Shown here: in pieces, positions 24,501 to 37,102 of the stretch
Numbering within the stretch: position 1 is the stretch's first letter
Layout of the letters: every line of letters begins with the position of its first letter
Origin: Heterodontus francisci
Lineage: Eukaryota
Direction of reading: 5' to 3'
Length of the DNA: 64,000 nucleotides
NCBI RefSeq assembly: GCF_036365525.1
Contig: NC_090399.1
Span: forward strand, 31,218,430 to 31,282,429
The notes under the pieces: model-generated
Database searches by the model: none
What the model was told of the DNA's origin: nothing
The model's input: the letters and a program-made list of their open reading frames with translations, nothing else
Made by a program: the position numbers and the translations under genes

Positions 24501-25934
24501 ATTGGAGGGTGGCAAATGTTGTTCCCTTGTTCAAGAAAGGGAATAGGGATCACCCTGGGAATTACAGACCAGTCAGTCTTACGTCGGTAGTGGGCAAATT
24601 ATTGGAGAGGATTCTGAGAGACAGGATGTATGATTATTTGGAAAAGCATATTTTGATTAGAGATAGTCAGCATGGTTTTGTGAGGGGCAGGTCATGCCTC
24701 ACAAGCCTTATTGAATTCTTTGAGGATGTGACAAAACACATTGATGAAGGAAGAGCAGTGGATATGGTGTATATGGATTTTAGCAAGGCGTTTGATAAGG
24801 TTCCCAATGGTAGGCTCATTCAGAAAGTAAGGAGGCATGGGATACAGGGAAATCTGGCTGTCTGGATACAGAATTGGCTGGCCCATAGAAGGCAGAGGGT
24901 GGTAGTAGATGGAAAGTATTCAGCATGGAGCTCGGTGACCAGTGGTGTTCCGCAGGGATCTGTTCTGGGACCTCTGCTCTTTGTGAGTTTTATAAATGAC
25001 TTGGATGAGTAAGTGGAAGGCTGGGTTAGTAAGTTTGCCGATGACACGAAGCTTGCTGGAGTTGTGGATAGTGTGGAGGGCTGTTGTAGGTTGCAACAGG
25101 ACAGTGACAGGATGCAGAGCTGGGCTGAGAAGTGGCAGATGGAGTTCAACCTGGAAAATTGTGAAGTGATTCATTTTGGAAGGTCGACTTTGAATGCGGA
25201 TTACAGGCTTAAAGACAGGATTTTTGGCAATGTGGAGGAACAGAGGGAACTTGGGGTCCACGTCCATAGATCCCTCAAAGTTGCCACCCAAGTTGATAGG
25301 GTTGTTAAGAAGGCATAAGGGGTGTTGGCTTTCATTAACAGGGGAATTGAGTTTATGAGCTGCGAGGTTATGCTGCAGCTCTATAAAGCTCTGGTTAGAC
25401 CTCACTTGGAATATTGTGTTCAGTTCTGGTCGCCTCATTATAGGAAGGATGTGGAAGCTTTGGAGAGTGTGCATAGGAGATTTACCAGGATGCTGCCTGG
25501 ACTGGAGGGCATGTCTTATGAAGAAAGGTTGAGGGAGCTAGGGCTGTTCTCATTGGAGCGAAGAAGGATGAGAGGTGACTTGATAGAGGTGTACAAGATG
25601 ATGAGAGGCATAGATAGAGTGGATAGCCAGAGACTTTTTCACAGGGCGGAAAGGGCTATCACCAGGGGTGATTGGAGGAAGGTTTAGGGGAGATGTCAGA
25701 GGTAGGTTCTTTACACAGAGATGGTGGGTGCGTGGAATGCACTGCCAGCGGTGGTAGTAGAAGCAGATACATTGGGTATATTTAAGCGACTCTTGGATAG
25801 GTACATGGATAATAGTAGAATTAAAGGGTATGTAGGTAGTTTGATCTTAGAGTAGGTTGAAGGGTCGGTACAACATCGTGGGCAGAAGGACCTGTACTGT
25901 GCTGTACGGTTCTATGTTCTCTGTTCTATGTTCT
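21525..25934 (+). mobile_element. Near full-length CR1 LINE (5'UTR, ORF1 ZnF/zipper/SGNH esterase, ORF2 APE-RT) in the gene B V-TM intron
   Basis: ORF1 CEKCIQLQLL...LELELDEL and IVIGDSMVR; ORF2 APE motifs, [18 protein letters not shown]; few stops or frameshifts; (TTCTATG)n tail. Confidence 0.95.
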
Positions 25935-26064
25935 AAAATTGCCCTGTGATCTGCAGAGCCGATTCATTATCGCCCATATTGTGTTCCCGACCAAAATCGC
26001 AGAGCCAGGCAGCAGCTGAGAATAAGAACGATGCCGTTATCGACTTTTGACTTGTTCTCCGTAG

Positions 26065-26154
26065 GTTCTTTGAGTGCAAATACAGTTCTGTATATTGTAC
26101 GAGGAGTGGTTGTAATCACAACGATCATCAGTATTTTATTCTGGAGAATGGGAG
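26065..26154 (+). CDS. NCR3: Gene B transmembrane exon with TM arginine (GSLSANTVLYIVRGVVVITTIISILFWRMG)
   Basis: cttgttctccgtag| acceptor, GAG|gtaaga donor, 90 nt, phase 1-1, in frame with the V exon. TVLYIVR parallels human NKp30 TVLLLR. Confidence 0.85.
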
Positions 26155-26931
26155 GTAAGATTATTCAATGTCTTTTCAGTAAATAGTCGATAGATCTGAA
26201 TTGAAAATGTTCTTTCTGAATGTTGCCATCATTGAAGTGACAGATGACACGGGATAGTACAATTCACTCCTTACACGGTCCGATAACAGCGCATGCATAT
26301 GTTCACATTTGTCTGAAATTGCTTCGCCCTCACTTTAGAGGAGCAATTATCCTGTTGAAAATAAATGGCTTAATAGTTCCTGTAAAAGGCAAAGGAAAAA
26401 CAGTTCAGACGAACACCTAACATATTAAGCAGTCCAGGTGTAATTTCAGTCTGGAATCTCCCCACCTATACGGTACTTTTCTCAAACAATGCACTCCAGC
26501 AGCAACTTGAAAGATAGCTGTCTATTGTTTTCAGGTGACTTTTCCATTGCCCACATTCGCTTGCGTTTCACAATGACTGGGTCACATTGCGACCTGAGGA
26601 CTGGACGTTCATCTCGGGTCGTGGTGCTAAATGAGTGGAATAGATTGGCCGTTTGTTCCACACAGCACCGAATACTTAGTTCCATTGCCGTCAATAGATA
26701 TCAGACGCTGCGTATAACTGGCAGCCAATCCGATATCGCCCAATTTACGCCACTGCCTGAGATGAATTTCCAACCGTTATTGCCAAATTAGGAATTGCTT
26801 AATGTTATTTACTGTTTAAAACATTTCAATTTAGAAGTCACGTTGTGTTGTGAATATATAAAACATTTGAAATACTAAGGTTAATATAGCTAATATGATT
26901 CTGTATTTTTGACTAGCTTGCCGATTTTATG

Positions 26932-27312
26932 GGAGACTGTGGCGGACTGGTCATGCCACTGACCTAGTAATCCAGAGGCCTAGGCTGGTGCCCTGAGGTC
27001 AAGGATTCAAATCCCACCACGGCAGGTGGGTAGCATTTAAATTTGATAAATAAAGTCAATTAATTAAGTTAAAATCAATAATGGTGCCATCGATTGTCAC
27101 AAAAACCCATCTGGTTCACCAACATCCTTTAGGGAAGGAAATGTGCCGTCCATACTTTGTCTGGCCTACACGTCCAGATCCACAGCAATGTGGTTGACTC
27201 TTAACTGCCCTCTGAAGTGGCCTAGCAAGCCACTCAATGGTCAAGGGAAATTAGGAATGGGGAACAAATGCTCTTCTTGCCAGCGACACTCACATCCCAT
27301 GAAAGAATAAAA
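26932..27312 (+). mobile_element. tRNA-derived SINE (second family) with CR1/L2-type tail
   Basis: B-box-like GGATTCAAATCCC; body aaaacccatctggttcac...ggaaggaaat; tail cacatcccatgaaagaataaaa matches the LINE end at about 47500-47555. Confidence 0.8.
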
Positions 27313-27424
27313 CAGACTGTTCTCCCTTCGATGGCTGCCCAACAAACACAAAGCTACAGAGCAACCATATCTACCTTTTAGGTGTTAAAGCTATGAACGC
27401 CAATGTGTCTTCCTTGCTCTGTAG

Positions 27425-27510
27425 GCACAACCTATAATTTGCAGAGATCATTAGTATCACCTAATAAGAGGGAAGAATGCACTTCCATTATTGATTCTGG
27501 AGACAGATAG
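27425..27510 (+). CDS. Gene B candidate terminal cytoplasmic exon (GTTYNLQRSLVSPNKREECTSIIDSGDR*)
   Basis: tcttccttgctctgtag| acceptor, phase 1, short tail typical of NKp30. Competing acceptors near 26534 and 27563 cannot be excluded. Confidence 0.4.
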
Positions 27511-29094
27511 CCAAATTCCTAAAGGTCTCATTCACAAGTGTAATGTTCTTTTGTTGTTTTAGGTATTGAATTTCTTATATATTCCTGCTTGCTCGCATCA
27601 AAGTTAATGAGAATTTTTAATCATTTTCTGAATGATTGTATTTCGTTGATTCATAGTCTCATTAGAGATCATTAGTAATTAATTAACTGATAAGTTCCTT
27701 AGAGGAAAGATGAGGGAAATTAAGTAGAAGCGCTCAAAATCAGGAATGGTTTTGATAGATTCCACCTGCAGGAATCGATAAGAAAAAGACTCAGATTTCA
27801 AATAACTGGCAAAAAATAAAATCCCAGGGGAGATGAAAAGATTTTTCTGTACTCAGAGTTGTTGAGGTCTGCCGCGCAATGTCTGCAAAGGGGTGGAAGC
27901 AGATCCAATAGTAACTTTCAAAAGAAATTGGATATATACTAGAAAAAAAAATGCAAGGCTATGAGGAAGTCACAAGGGAGTGGGACAGAGCGGGCACAGG
28001 CACAATAGAGTTAATGTCCTCTTTCTGTCCAGTTTGACTGTACGATTAACACGTAAGAGATCGTATTTTAAAACTGTGAACTGCTGCAAAGGTAATGATA
28101 AAACGCAAAGAGAGGCAGAATACAAGCACGTTATTTCACAAAGAATAAGTGACTGATCATATAATCTGGGTTATTTAAAATTGGTGGAAGGAAATATGAG
28201 GACAGATGTTCCTGTTCTCGTGTCTTGGACTATTGTATCGCCTGAATACAGAGAGTAAAGGAAAACTGAGGGTGGAAGAGCACACATTCGAAGGAGAGCC
28301 TAATTGCATCGGGCCACATCCGCCCATCTGCCCCCAGACCAACCCATCCGACCTGCCCCTCACCACGTCCGATTTCCCGAGTCCTGGTGCTGGGACAGAG
28401 AAATGTTCCCCTGTTTGAACTCCTGCTCACTGTTTGACCCCAGCCAGAGCATGATGGTCCAAATAACGTACTGGGGAGCTGTCCATGGAAGGATATCCAG
28501 CTAGATAGAAATTTAAAGAAAACGAGAAGGAAGCAAGGGTGCGGGGAGGAGGGGGGTGGTGGATATCAACTCATTGGCAAGACTGCATGAAACTGCATAC
28601 TGATAATTATGTTGTATTAATTATATTTGCAGCAATTCTCAGCATCTGTCCTTCATTTGGAGTGATGAGGGTTCGTAGCACAACGGTTTTGATATTTCTA
28701 CTTTGATATTTTTGTTGGAGTATTAACGTGAGGCAAAGTATCATAGACTTCAAACTAAATAGATTACCATGTGCGTTAGCCATTGATGCCGTTGCTGGGG
28801 TGAACAAAATGCTCCTAAAAACATTAATGACCCTACAGGTAAACAGCACTACCATTTATAATTTGTATTTATTGAGTGGGAAAGGTGTGTAGCTGGTGGG
28901 TGTGTTAAAAATAATAGTGTCTGCCAGCTACATTGCTGTCAGGTGAAGAGTAGAGCTCTCTCCTTAAGTATCTTGACCTTAAAGTGGTGATTCGAGTTTA
29001 GCTGGGATCAAAGTTACCAATCATAGTCTATCTGACTGTGACCTTAATGTGCTATCTCAGATATGCTCTTTGGCCAAAGTAAATCACAACCAGA

Positions 29095-29490
29095 GGTTCA
29101 CCATCAGCACAGACTACGTGAGGGTGCTGGGAAGATGGTTCTGAGGGTCCGGGGCATGTGCCGAAAACGGGAAGGAGTGAATAGCCGTGGTGAAACTGAA
29201 ACTGGGTGTCTGGGAGTAGTGCTTTCTATCCATTGCGGTTAAGAACCTGATCATGAGGTACAAGGTGCGGTGTGTGCTGTTCTGCATGGCACAGGTCTGC
29301 CCACACCACACTCCTGCACTGTGGATATCGCCTGAACCATCTCCACTTTATCTGGCGATTGAAAATTGACAATGTCCACAGAGACTCAACGTTCAAGCCT
29401 GTAAAGGAAGGAAAAACGTACCCAATTTCGCCATCATCCTGATGGTACCTTTGTCTGCGGCTGCATCAAGCTGTGTGTAGACCTTCGGTA
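29095..29490 (+). mobile_element. Tx1-like LINE fragment
   Basis: Similar to 13830-14180 (gtgctgggaagatggtt..., ccatctccactttatctgg). Confidence 0.65.
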
Positions 29491-30667
29491 TGTAAGTCTT
29501 GGGCAGGACAAAGATAGTGAAATAAACGGGGAGTGTTAGAGAATTAGATGAAGCGTTGAGTGTTGAGATGCGTCACGGTATCTTGAACAGAATTAGAACT
29601 TTGCATATAGATTCTCAGCTGAAGGGAATAGTAACATGGAAGCCGGGCTTTTTGTGAAAGGTTAAGGCGAGGACAACTTTTTTTAGGAGAGGTACCATGT
29701 TTGAGGAGGGGCAGATTTCCGTTGAAATAGGGTAATTGAGTTGGTTTTAGAGGGACTCTGAAAGCTAGAAAGTCTCATGGAGGCCCTGAGTCTGATTAGA
29801 ACAAGTTGGGACATAGTGGGTAAAAATAGAGCATTGGGAGCGGGAACTGGAATGGGTAGGACTTGAAGTAGAGAGGAGGCAGGAAGCAAAGGGAGACAGA
29901 CGAAAGGATAAACATAAGGGAGGGTTTATTCTCATTCAGTGACTGCTTCCAACTTGGCTAAATATTTCTATTCTCTGTTAATTCCTGGATTTATGTATTA
30001 AAATATGTTCTGCGACATTAATATGAAAAAGTGATATGGAGTGAAAAAAGCTCAGCGACTTGACAGCTGTCCCAGTTCAGGTGCAACTCAGTTGCATTTT
30101 CAAGCACTTCAGATGGAAGGAAAAGTGGCAGGAGATTTTACACAGTATGACTTGTCAAATGCCATGGACAATGTTTTAAATCCGTTAAGTCTAAGTAGTG
30201 AACAATTGTTTTATTTCCATTCCATCTTCTCCGTGCACCCCTTAAAACGTGCGGTCCTCAAAACATTGAGCTTGTTGTCTAATTTGGTTATTTCTCATTT
30301 AAGGTGTTCTTAGTCTTTTGTGGCAAGTGTGAATATTAGATCAATGCAAATTTACATCCTACCTACTCAGCTTGCCACCTAATTCCGTCAGTTTTCCGAA
30401 ACACCAATTGTGTTAGAATCGCCACATTGTGTTGACATCGACACTCATTACACAGTCTCCTGTCATGTTTCAGTCCTCCTCAGGCCCAACTGTTGATCAT
30501 TATTCTTGAACATGGGCAGCTAAAAGTTGTATTTGACATGCGTTGCGAGGGAAAATTGGAACTGAGTAACCTGCTTTCGGCGGGTCTCTAGTACACCCCA
30601 ACACTATTGAGAGACTGCCGTGAACCTGTCTCATTAATTCAAGCTGGAGGTAAAGATCTTGTTTTAT

Positions 30668-31080
30668 ATATATTCTTCCATGGGATGTGGGCATCGTTGG
30701 CAAGGCCAGCATTTATTGCCCATCCTTAATTGCTCTTGATAACTGAATGGCTTGCTAGGCCATTTCAGAGGGGAGTTAAGAGTCAAGCAGTTTGCTCTGG
30801 GTCTGGAGTCACATGTCAGCCAGACCAGGTAAGGACGGCAGATTTCCTTTTCGAAAGGACATTAGTGAACCAGATGGGTTTTTACGCAAATCGATGATAG
30901 TTTTATCACACTATTATTGAGACTAGCTTTTAATTCTAGATTTTTTTAGTAATTGAACTCATTAATTAATTGAATTTAAAGTCCACCGGCTGCCATGTTT
31001 GGCTTTGAATCCGTCTTTCCGAGGCATTGGCCTGGGCCTATAGATGACTAGTTCAATGATATTGCCACTACACCACCGTC
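30668..31080 (-). mobile_element. tRNA-derived SINE (same family as 26932-27312)
   Basis: Reverse-complement match including aaggacattagtgaaccagatgggttttt and the tail. Confidence 0.8.
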
Positions 31081-33781
31081 GCTGGCGCTGTGAGTTGGGA
31101 GTTTACCTACTGTGTCCAAGAACCCTGAAAACCATCCTCGCAATGGATAAGGTGGTTCTGGTTGAATGGTGTGCAAGGAGCTTGTCAATGCAATGTGCAT
31201 GGATATGGTTTTAGATGACTTAGCACACAGCAACACCCTTGCACACACTTGAGTCCCATTAAATCTTGTTCTTACCTGTTTGGACTTGGGTAACCAGGAT
31301 TGAGACAGGATTTGCACTCCTCACTGGATAAACAAAACCTGCTGGGATGGATTTCTCTAATCTGGATTGTAGATGATTCAGTTTGACGGTTGACATCTGC
31401 ATGTCAGATACTCGTCTTACCAAAGGTCATTCTCAACAAATTACGCCTCCACTTAGCCTTGTCTACATTCTGCAGTCCAGTACAGCTCATGTTTTGGATA
31501 ATCTGACTTGAAATATTTATTGAATTTTTGACTCTCGGCTTTTATTTGAACTTTGAAAGTTTGCATTATTTAAATCCTTGGCCATTCCCACTGGTTTATT
31601 TCAATTGTTTAAAAGTAACGTATATCGTTATAACAGGATGGTATGTTTGGTAATGTTAGTCAACAGCATGTTAGATAAAACCTGCATGTTGGCGGCTTCC
31701 TGAGTACTCTTGCAGACAGGAAAAATAAGACCAGAACTGAGGGAATATTGCTAGCCGATTTGTAATGTATTGAAAGCATTTCTTTTAGTTCCACGTATTC
31801 AAAGAGAGCAGGTCCATATTCTCCAACTCCAGTAACCCCAGGACAACTGTTTATTTCCACAAACTAGTTCCTGGTATTTTGGGTGAGGAAATCAGAACTG
31901 TCTTTACAGTAACACAGTATGAAACATCCGCATGTATTATACAGTCGAGTCCCTCAAAACTACAGTATATTAAGGGCAACTCGTTGCTTAACCACACCTG
32001 CCATGTCATAGAGACATGTGGGTGGGGGCATTTTTCGATGGCTTTGCATCAGATGCGAGGCTTTCACCTCGATTTCACACGTATTAGACGGAAAATAATG
32101 GGCAGTACACCAACGTGTTTCTGCTAAGCTGTTTCCCCCTGCGTGCGAAGCTCGCCCACCAATCACACGTCATGTCTGCACTGCATTGCCCCGTGATTAC
32201 TTCTTCATTGTGCGGATGCTGCCGGTTACTTATTCTCCTTCGCACTGTTTTAAAGCTACACATGGAAACATGAATGCAATATGAAAAGGTCACCAACAGC
32301 GGTGCGTGAGAATACCTTCAACCACCTGACCTGTTACTGAAATCAAAATTAATCCGTTTTAGTTACCCGGCTCTGCCTTAACACCCTTTTTAAAAATTGG
32401 AATTATATCAGGATCATCCCAATTTGAGGGAATAGTTCCCAACTCCATTAAAGTTGTAGGCAAGGAGCTCCCCTAGCAGCTGTCTCCGTTTCTTTATGGA
32501 GCATTAGGAGGATTTCATCTCGGCCAGGGAACTGATCTATTTTAACTCTTATTATTCTGTCTATGCTACCCTCATTTATGCTAATAACAATAATTTCACT
32601 GTCAACAACCCAACCTATTGCTGTTAGTTGAGCGTTGCTTACAAGTGTGAAGACTGATGCAAAGTATTTATTTAATACCTCTTCCACACCCCTCGACTCT
32701 ATGGTGGTCCTGAGACTATTTAAGTAACTTAAAAACTTTTAATGTTATCACTACAATTGCCAATTAACATCATTTTCATTAAAATTCTAGCTGATCTGAT
32801 AGCACCCTTAGGTTGACTTAATTGTATACGGTTCAACCTTAGATCTGAGAAATAAATCCGCTTCTCAATTTCCAAACTTCTTTTTTTTATTTATGATTTA
32901 GAGATACAGCACTGAAAAGGGCCATTCAGCCCACCGAGTCTGTCCCGACCATCAATCACCCATTTATACTAATCCTACATTAATCCCATTATCCTCTCAC
33001 ATCCCCACCTTACATTGAATGATTTAAAATTCGTCTCCAATCATATTTAGACAGCAGAGGGAGTTTTTCTATATGAATGCTTAGCTTCATGATAACAAGT
33101 CCTTTGCTTTATTCAGTGATCCCCTTCTAGAAAAGAAACCTTTGTACCTTTTTTGTGCTGATGTTATTTTTTTAATGTGAGTATTTTGTTCTTCGACAGG
33201 CACACTGGCTGCTCTCGGCCCAAGCAACTGAACTGATGTAATATTCTTAAGTACCTGCACGGTAATCAACTCGAGAGAATGGAGACTGCTTGCATTTTAT
33301 ACATCACTTGTTCCGAACATTTTAACAGATATGTCTCTATGTCACTGTTTAATTCCATCGTACCACATTATGTCAAATTGTTGCAACGTTTCTTCTGCAA
33401 ATTAGGCTTTAAAATGGCGTGTGTTAGCGCAGTGTGTTCTGCAATTCCTCTATGTTGCTACGTAACTAGCTCCTTAAAGATCCATCATGAAGGATAATGA
33501 ACTTGCGCTGTTATTGAGGCAAGATGATAAATTCCAGATGAAAATGCTTCATAAAACGGAGACATATTATATCGTGAGCATATTACAAAAATGTTTAACA
33601 TCTAAGTCACCAACTCGAACCAACTTCTGAACAGATGTACAGATATAAACAAATTGATTCTTTAGGACTTGTCCACAACCAGTACACAATCCCAAGGTTA
33701 TGTGCGTCGACCTCTACTGTATGCGGTAACTGAAGCGACCGAGTGATGTAATGTGATCTTCCGAACCTTGAGTTTAAGGTG

Positions 33782-34004
33782 AAAGCAAAATACTGTGAAT
33801 GCTGGAAATCTGAAATAAAAACAAGAAATGCTGGAACCACTCAGCAGGTCTGGCAGCATCTGTGGAAAGAGAAGCAGAGTTAACGTTTCGGGTCAGTGAC
33901 CCAGTTCCAAAGAAGGGTCACTCACCCGAAACGTTAACTCTGCTTCTCTTTCCACAGATACTGCCAGACCTGCTGAGTGGTTCCAGCATTTCTTGTTTTT
34001 ATTT
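33782..34004. mobile_element. 223-bp Penelope-derived fold-back insertion with 12-bp target-site duplication
   Basis: 90-bp inverted arms (33813-33902 / 33915-34004, 2 mismatches) nearly identical to the Penelope end at 6690-6780; GAGTTTAAGGTG at 33770-33781 and 34005-34016. Confidence 0.85.
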
Positions 34005-36287
34005 GAGTTTAAGGTGCCGGATTCAAATCCAACTTCAGACAGTGTCGCTGAGTGGAGATCTGAATTCTGGGTTGACAGTGTTTGTTTGCAGATTAATCAA
34101 TTTCTACAATCTACTGAAAATGTACCAATTTTATGTTCATGTTAAAACAGTGTTTTTAACCATCTAGCAAACATTTAATTACATATGTGTTGGGTTGTAG
34201 TGGGTGTTTCTTTCAGAGGTCAGTATTTCCAGGGTTGCTAAAAAGGTCTAAACTGTTAGCACCACCTACATAAATTTCCACCATACGTTGTCAAGCAACG
34301 AAACCTTCGTCTCCGTTCGAAGTTTCTCCTTTGGTGCATCAATGATTGGGTAGAATCTCCCCAAGCCCAGCACACAACTTTTGGAAAATCATGTCTCAAA
34401 GAATCTTGATAATTAAAACATTTTTTACATATAAAACCGTCTGGTTATCGGGCACAAACGTCACATGGTTAACTATCTGTTAGGAAACTCACAATTGTAT
34501 TTTATCGTGTGGTGCTGGGCCATGAAACCAGGAAGGTCCCAGTTCGGGTCTCCAGTCCCGGTTGTATTAAATGTTCAAGAGTAGCCATTGAAATAAGAAG
34601 TGGATCATCCCTGCTCTCTACATTTCTAAATTGCTTAAGTTTAAAAAGAACCGAGTGGTCCTCCTTCGAACTTTGCAGCTGCATTCGATGTCATGTTGAT
34701 AGCAACTGCGGGGAGAAACATACCCTCCTCCAGGGATTTCATCCTAGAGTAAGGTCGGGTCTTGACCCCTGATTTCCATTCCAGTTTTAGCAAAATTGGG
34801 CAGAGTTTCCGAACTCCAGAACACTTTCACCCTGGCTGCCCATAGCTCCGGACTGCAACTGCAACTTTATGATAAGTTGCAAAGTCAGAGAAGACTCGGT
34901 GCTGACACGACAGTTGCAACATACATGTGCCTTACGCCTGTCATCTTGGTACCCCATGGGATCTCAGTTCCTCTGGATGTATTTCAGACAGAAGCACCCA
35001 GGGTTGCTGTCACTGGTTACCATGCACTGACCTCTTTTAGACCTGTGTAGAGATGAGAAGATGGAGGGGCAGAACTGTGATGGTTTACACCTACGGTGAC
35101 ATTTAATGGACTCTTGGGTTCGAGGTCACAAAAGATTGGCGGTCTCCTGTGCAGCCAGCCCTGACTAAACTCAGAAACCTTAGGAGACCATAAGACAAAA
35201 CTGGAAGGAGAAATAACATTGTTGAACATTTAGTTCAAACCAATGTTTCTCTCAGCGAGAATCCAATGCATTTCATATTTCCAACATTCAATCTTATCGC
35301 TCTTTAATTATGCGAAAAGGTCCCAAATTCCCTGCATAGCTGTGATGAATGAAACTGATGATTTACCAATTCACAGTGTGCATGTTTCTCCGATCTCTCC
35401 TATCAGTTGCTTATCCACTGTAAGATGTTTGTGGTCACAGCTTTGGAAACAACCTAAGAATTAACTGATAGGGCAAATTAATTGAATCATAATTATAAAA
35501 TGTAGCAAAGTTTTTTTTTTACTATTCATATTGATCTTTGATTATTTCTTGTTTATGAATATGTGTGAGTCAGATCGCTTTTCCGTCTTAACTTTAGCAG
35601 GGCTTTGAGTGTTCAATGGTGGAGGCATAACCGGGAGGTTAGTTCTCTGCCATAAGTAGGACATGTTCTGACCGAATTAAGTTATCACACCCAGCTTCTG
35701 CATTCTGAAAGGCGTTTGTTACAATAAAATGTCAATCGTAAGGCATTGCGATCTTCACTGTTACCCTTTCGGCTTAAGTTTGAACCTCAAGTTAATGTGC
35801 TGGATTAGACAATGGCTATCGGCTCTCCCGCCCGTTGGGAAACTGCCGAGATCGGGTCCAATACTGGTTTTACACCCCATCCGATGTTGCTGTCCACTGA
35901 AGGCATTGGAGAGGAATATTGGGCGAAGTGTAATACTGGAGTGTAACACAAGCTTTCCGCCCTTTGACTTAGGATGAAATCACCGGGTTGATAGTCACTT
36001 GGCAGTTTCAAGAAATTGGAATATCTGCGGCAATGCATTCCATTCTGCTTTTTAACAAAATCATGGGCCTTACTGGCCGATGCATTGAATTACCATTTTC
36101 TCCTCTCTGTTTTGGGAGGTAGGTTAAAAACCCATCACAGTCTTATAAAACACCAAAATTGCAAAACAAAATCACCAAAACATTTATATGTTACACATCA
36201 CACACTGATTTGCACAACTCACGTTGAGTGAGTGCGCAAACGACTGTTAAAATAATAAGAAATAAACTTTTATTCATCTGCTGCCTC

Positions 36288-36371
36288 TCACGACCTCGGG
36301 TTTTCCCAAAGTGTCCGCTTTACAGCAGCTTCATTGGCTGTGAAGCACTTTGGGACGTCCTGAGGTCGTGA
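36288..36371. repeat. Hairpin formed by two inverted Deu-SINE/L2-type tail fragments
   Basis: tcacgacctc...cccaaagtg...gctttacagc / gctgtgaagcactttggga...gaggtcgtga. Confidence 0.6.
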
Positions 36372-37102
36372 TGGTAGCTGTACAAAGGCTAGTTGTTTGT
36401 TTTACAAAAGGATATTAAAAATAAACTGGAACAGCACCACAAGGTCTGACATCATACCAGATTTGCTGCTGCGTTTAAACCCGAAGATTAGCTCCAAGAC
36501 AGATCTTCATTGCTGCATTTGCTCAGCAGCTCAGCACACTGGTCAGAATCTGTTCCATTTTCCAGTGTAAATTATGAAAAAAAGTGTAATACCCTCAATT
36601 CGGTTAAGCTGAATACTGCTAAAAGTGCTGCTGCTTAATGCCATCGTATAAATTTCAAGGTTAACACAAAGTATCAAGTAGTTTTATTTTAATTACCAAC
36701 TTCACCAACAAGTCGATAATTGTTTCTACATTTTAATTATGGTGGCAGAATCTGGTCTGAAGTACACCAGGAGACTCCATACGACTCTGTGTGTATAGCC
36801 CTGGAGTTTGCATTATCCGTACTCCGGTATGCTCTTTCTAAGACGTCTGGGTGACCACAAAATATACATTGTTAAATTGTTTGCTTACTTAGCCAATGTC
36901 CAATTTGGAGGAGGTAGTGACAGTCATGATTGACAGTTACTGTCATGCATATTTATACAAAAAAATCATTATGAACAGATTGTAGAAATGCCACAAGATC
37001 ACCAGATCGCTGTGAGGTGAAAAGGACGTTTTATCACATCTGATCTCCTCCCTCTTTAATATCATCTCTACAACATTCCCATAGCAGTATCCAGCTGTTC
37101 TC

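Noticed and set aside
34796-35050. ORF with Ig-like ATYMC motif
   Set aside because: No B-strand Cys or C-strand Trp at proper spacing, and no splice context.
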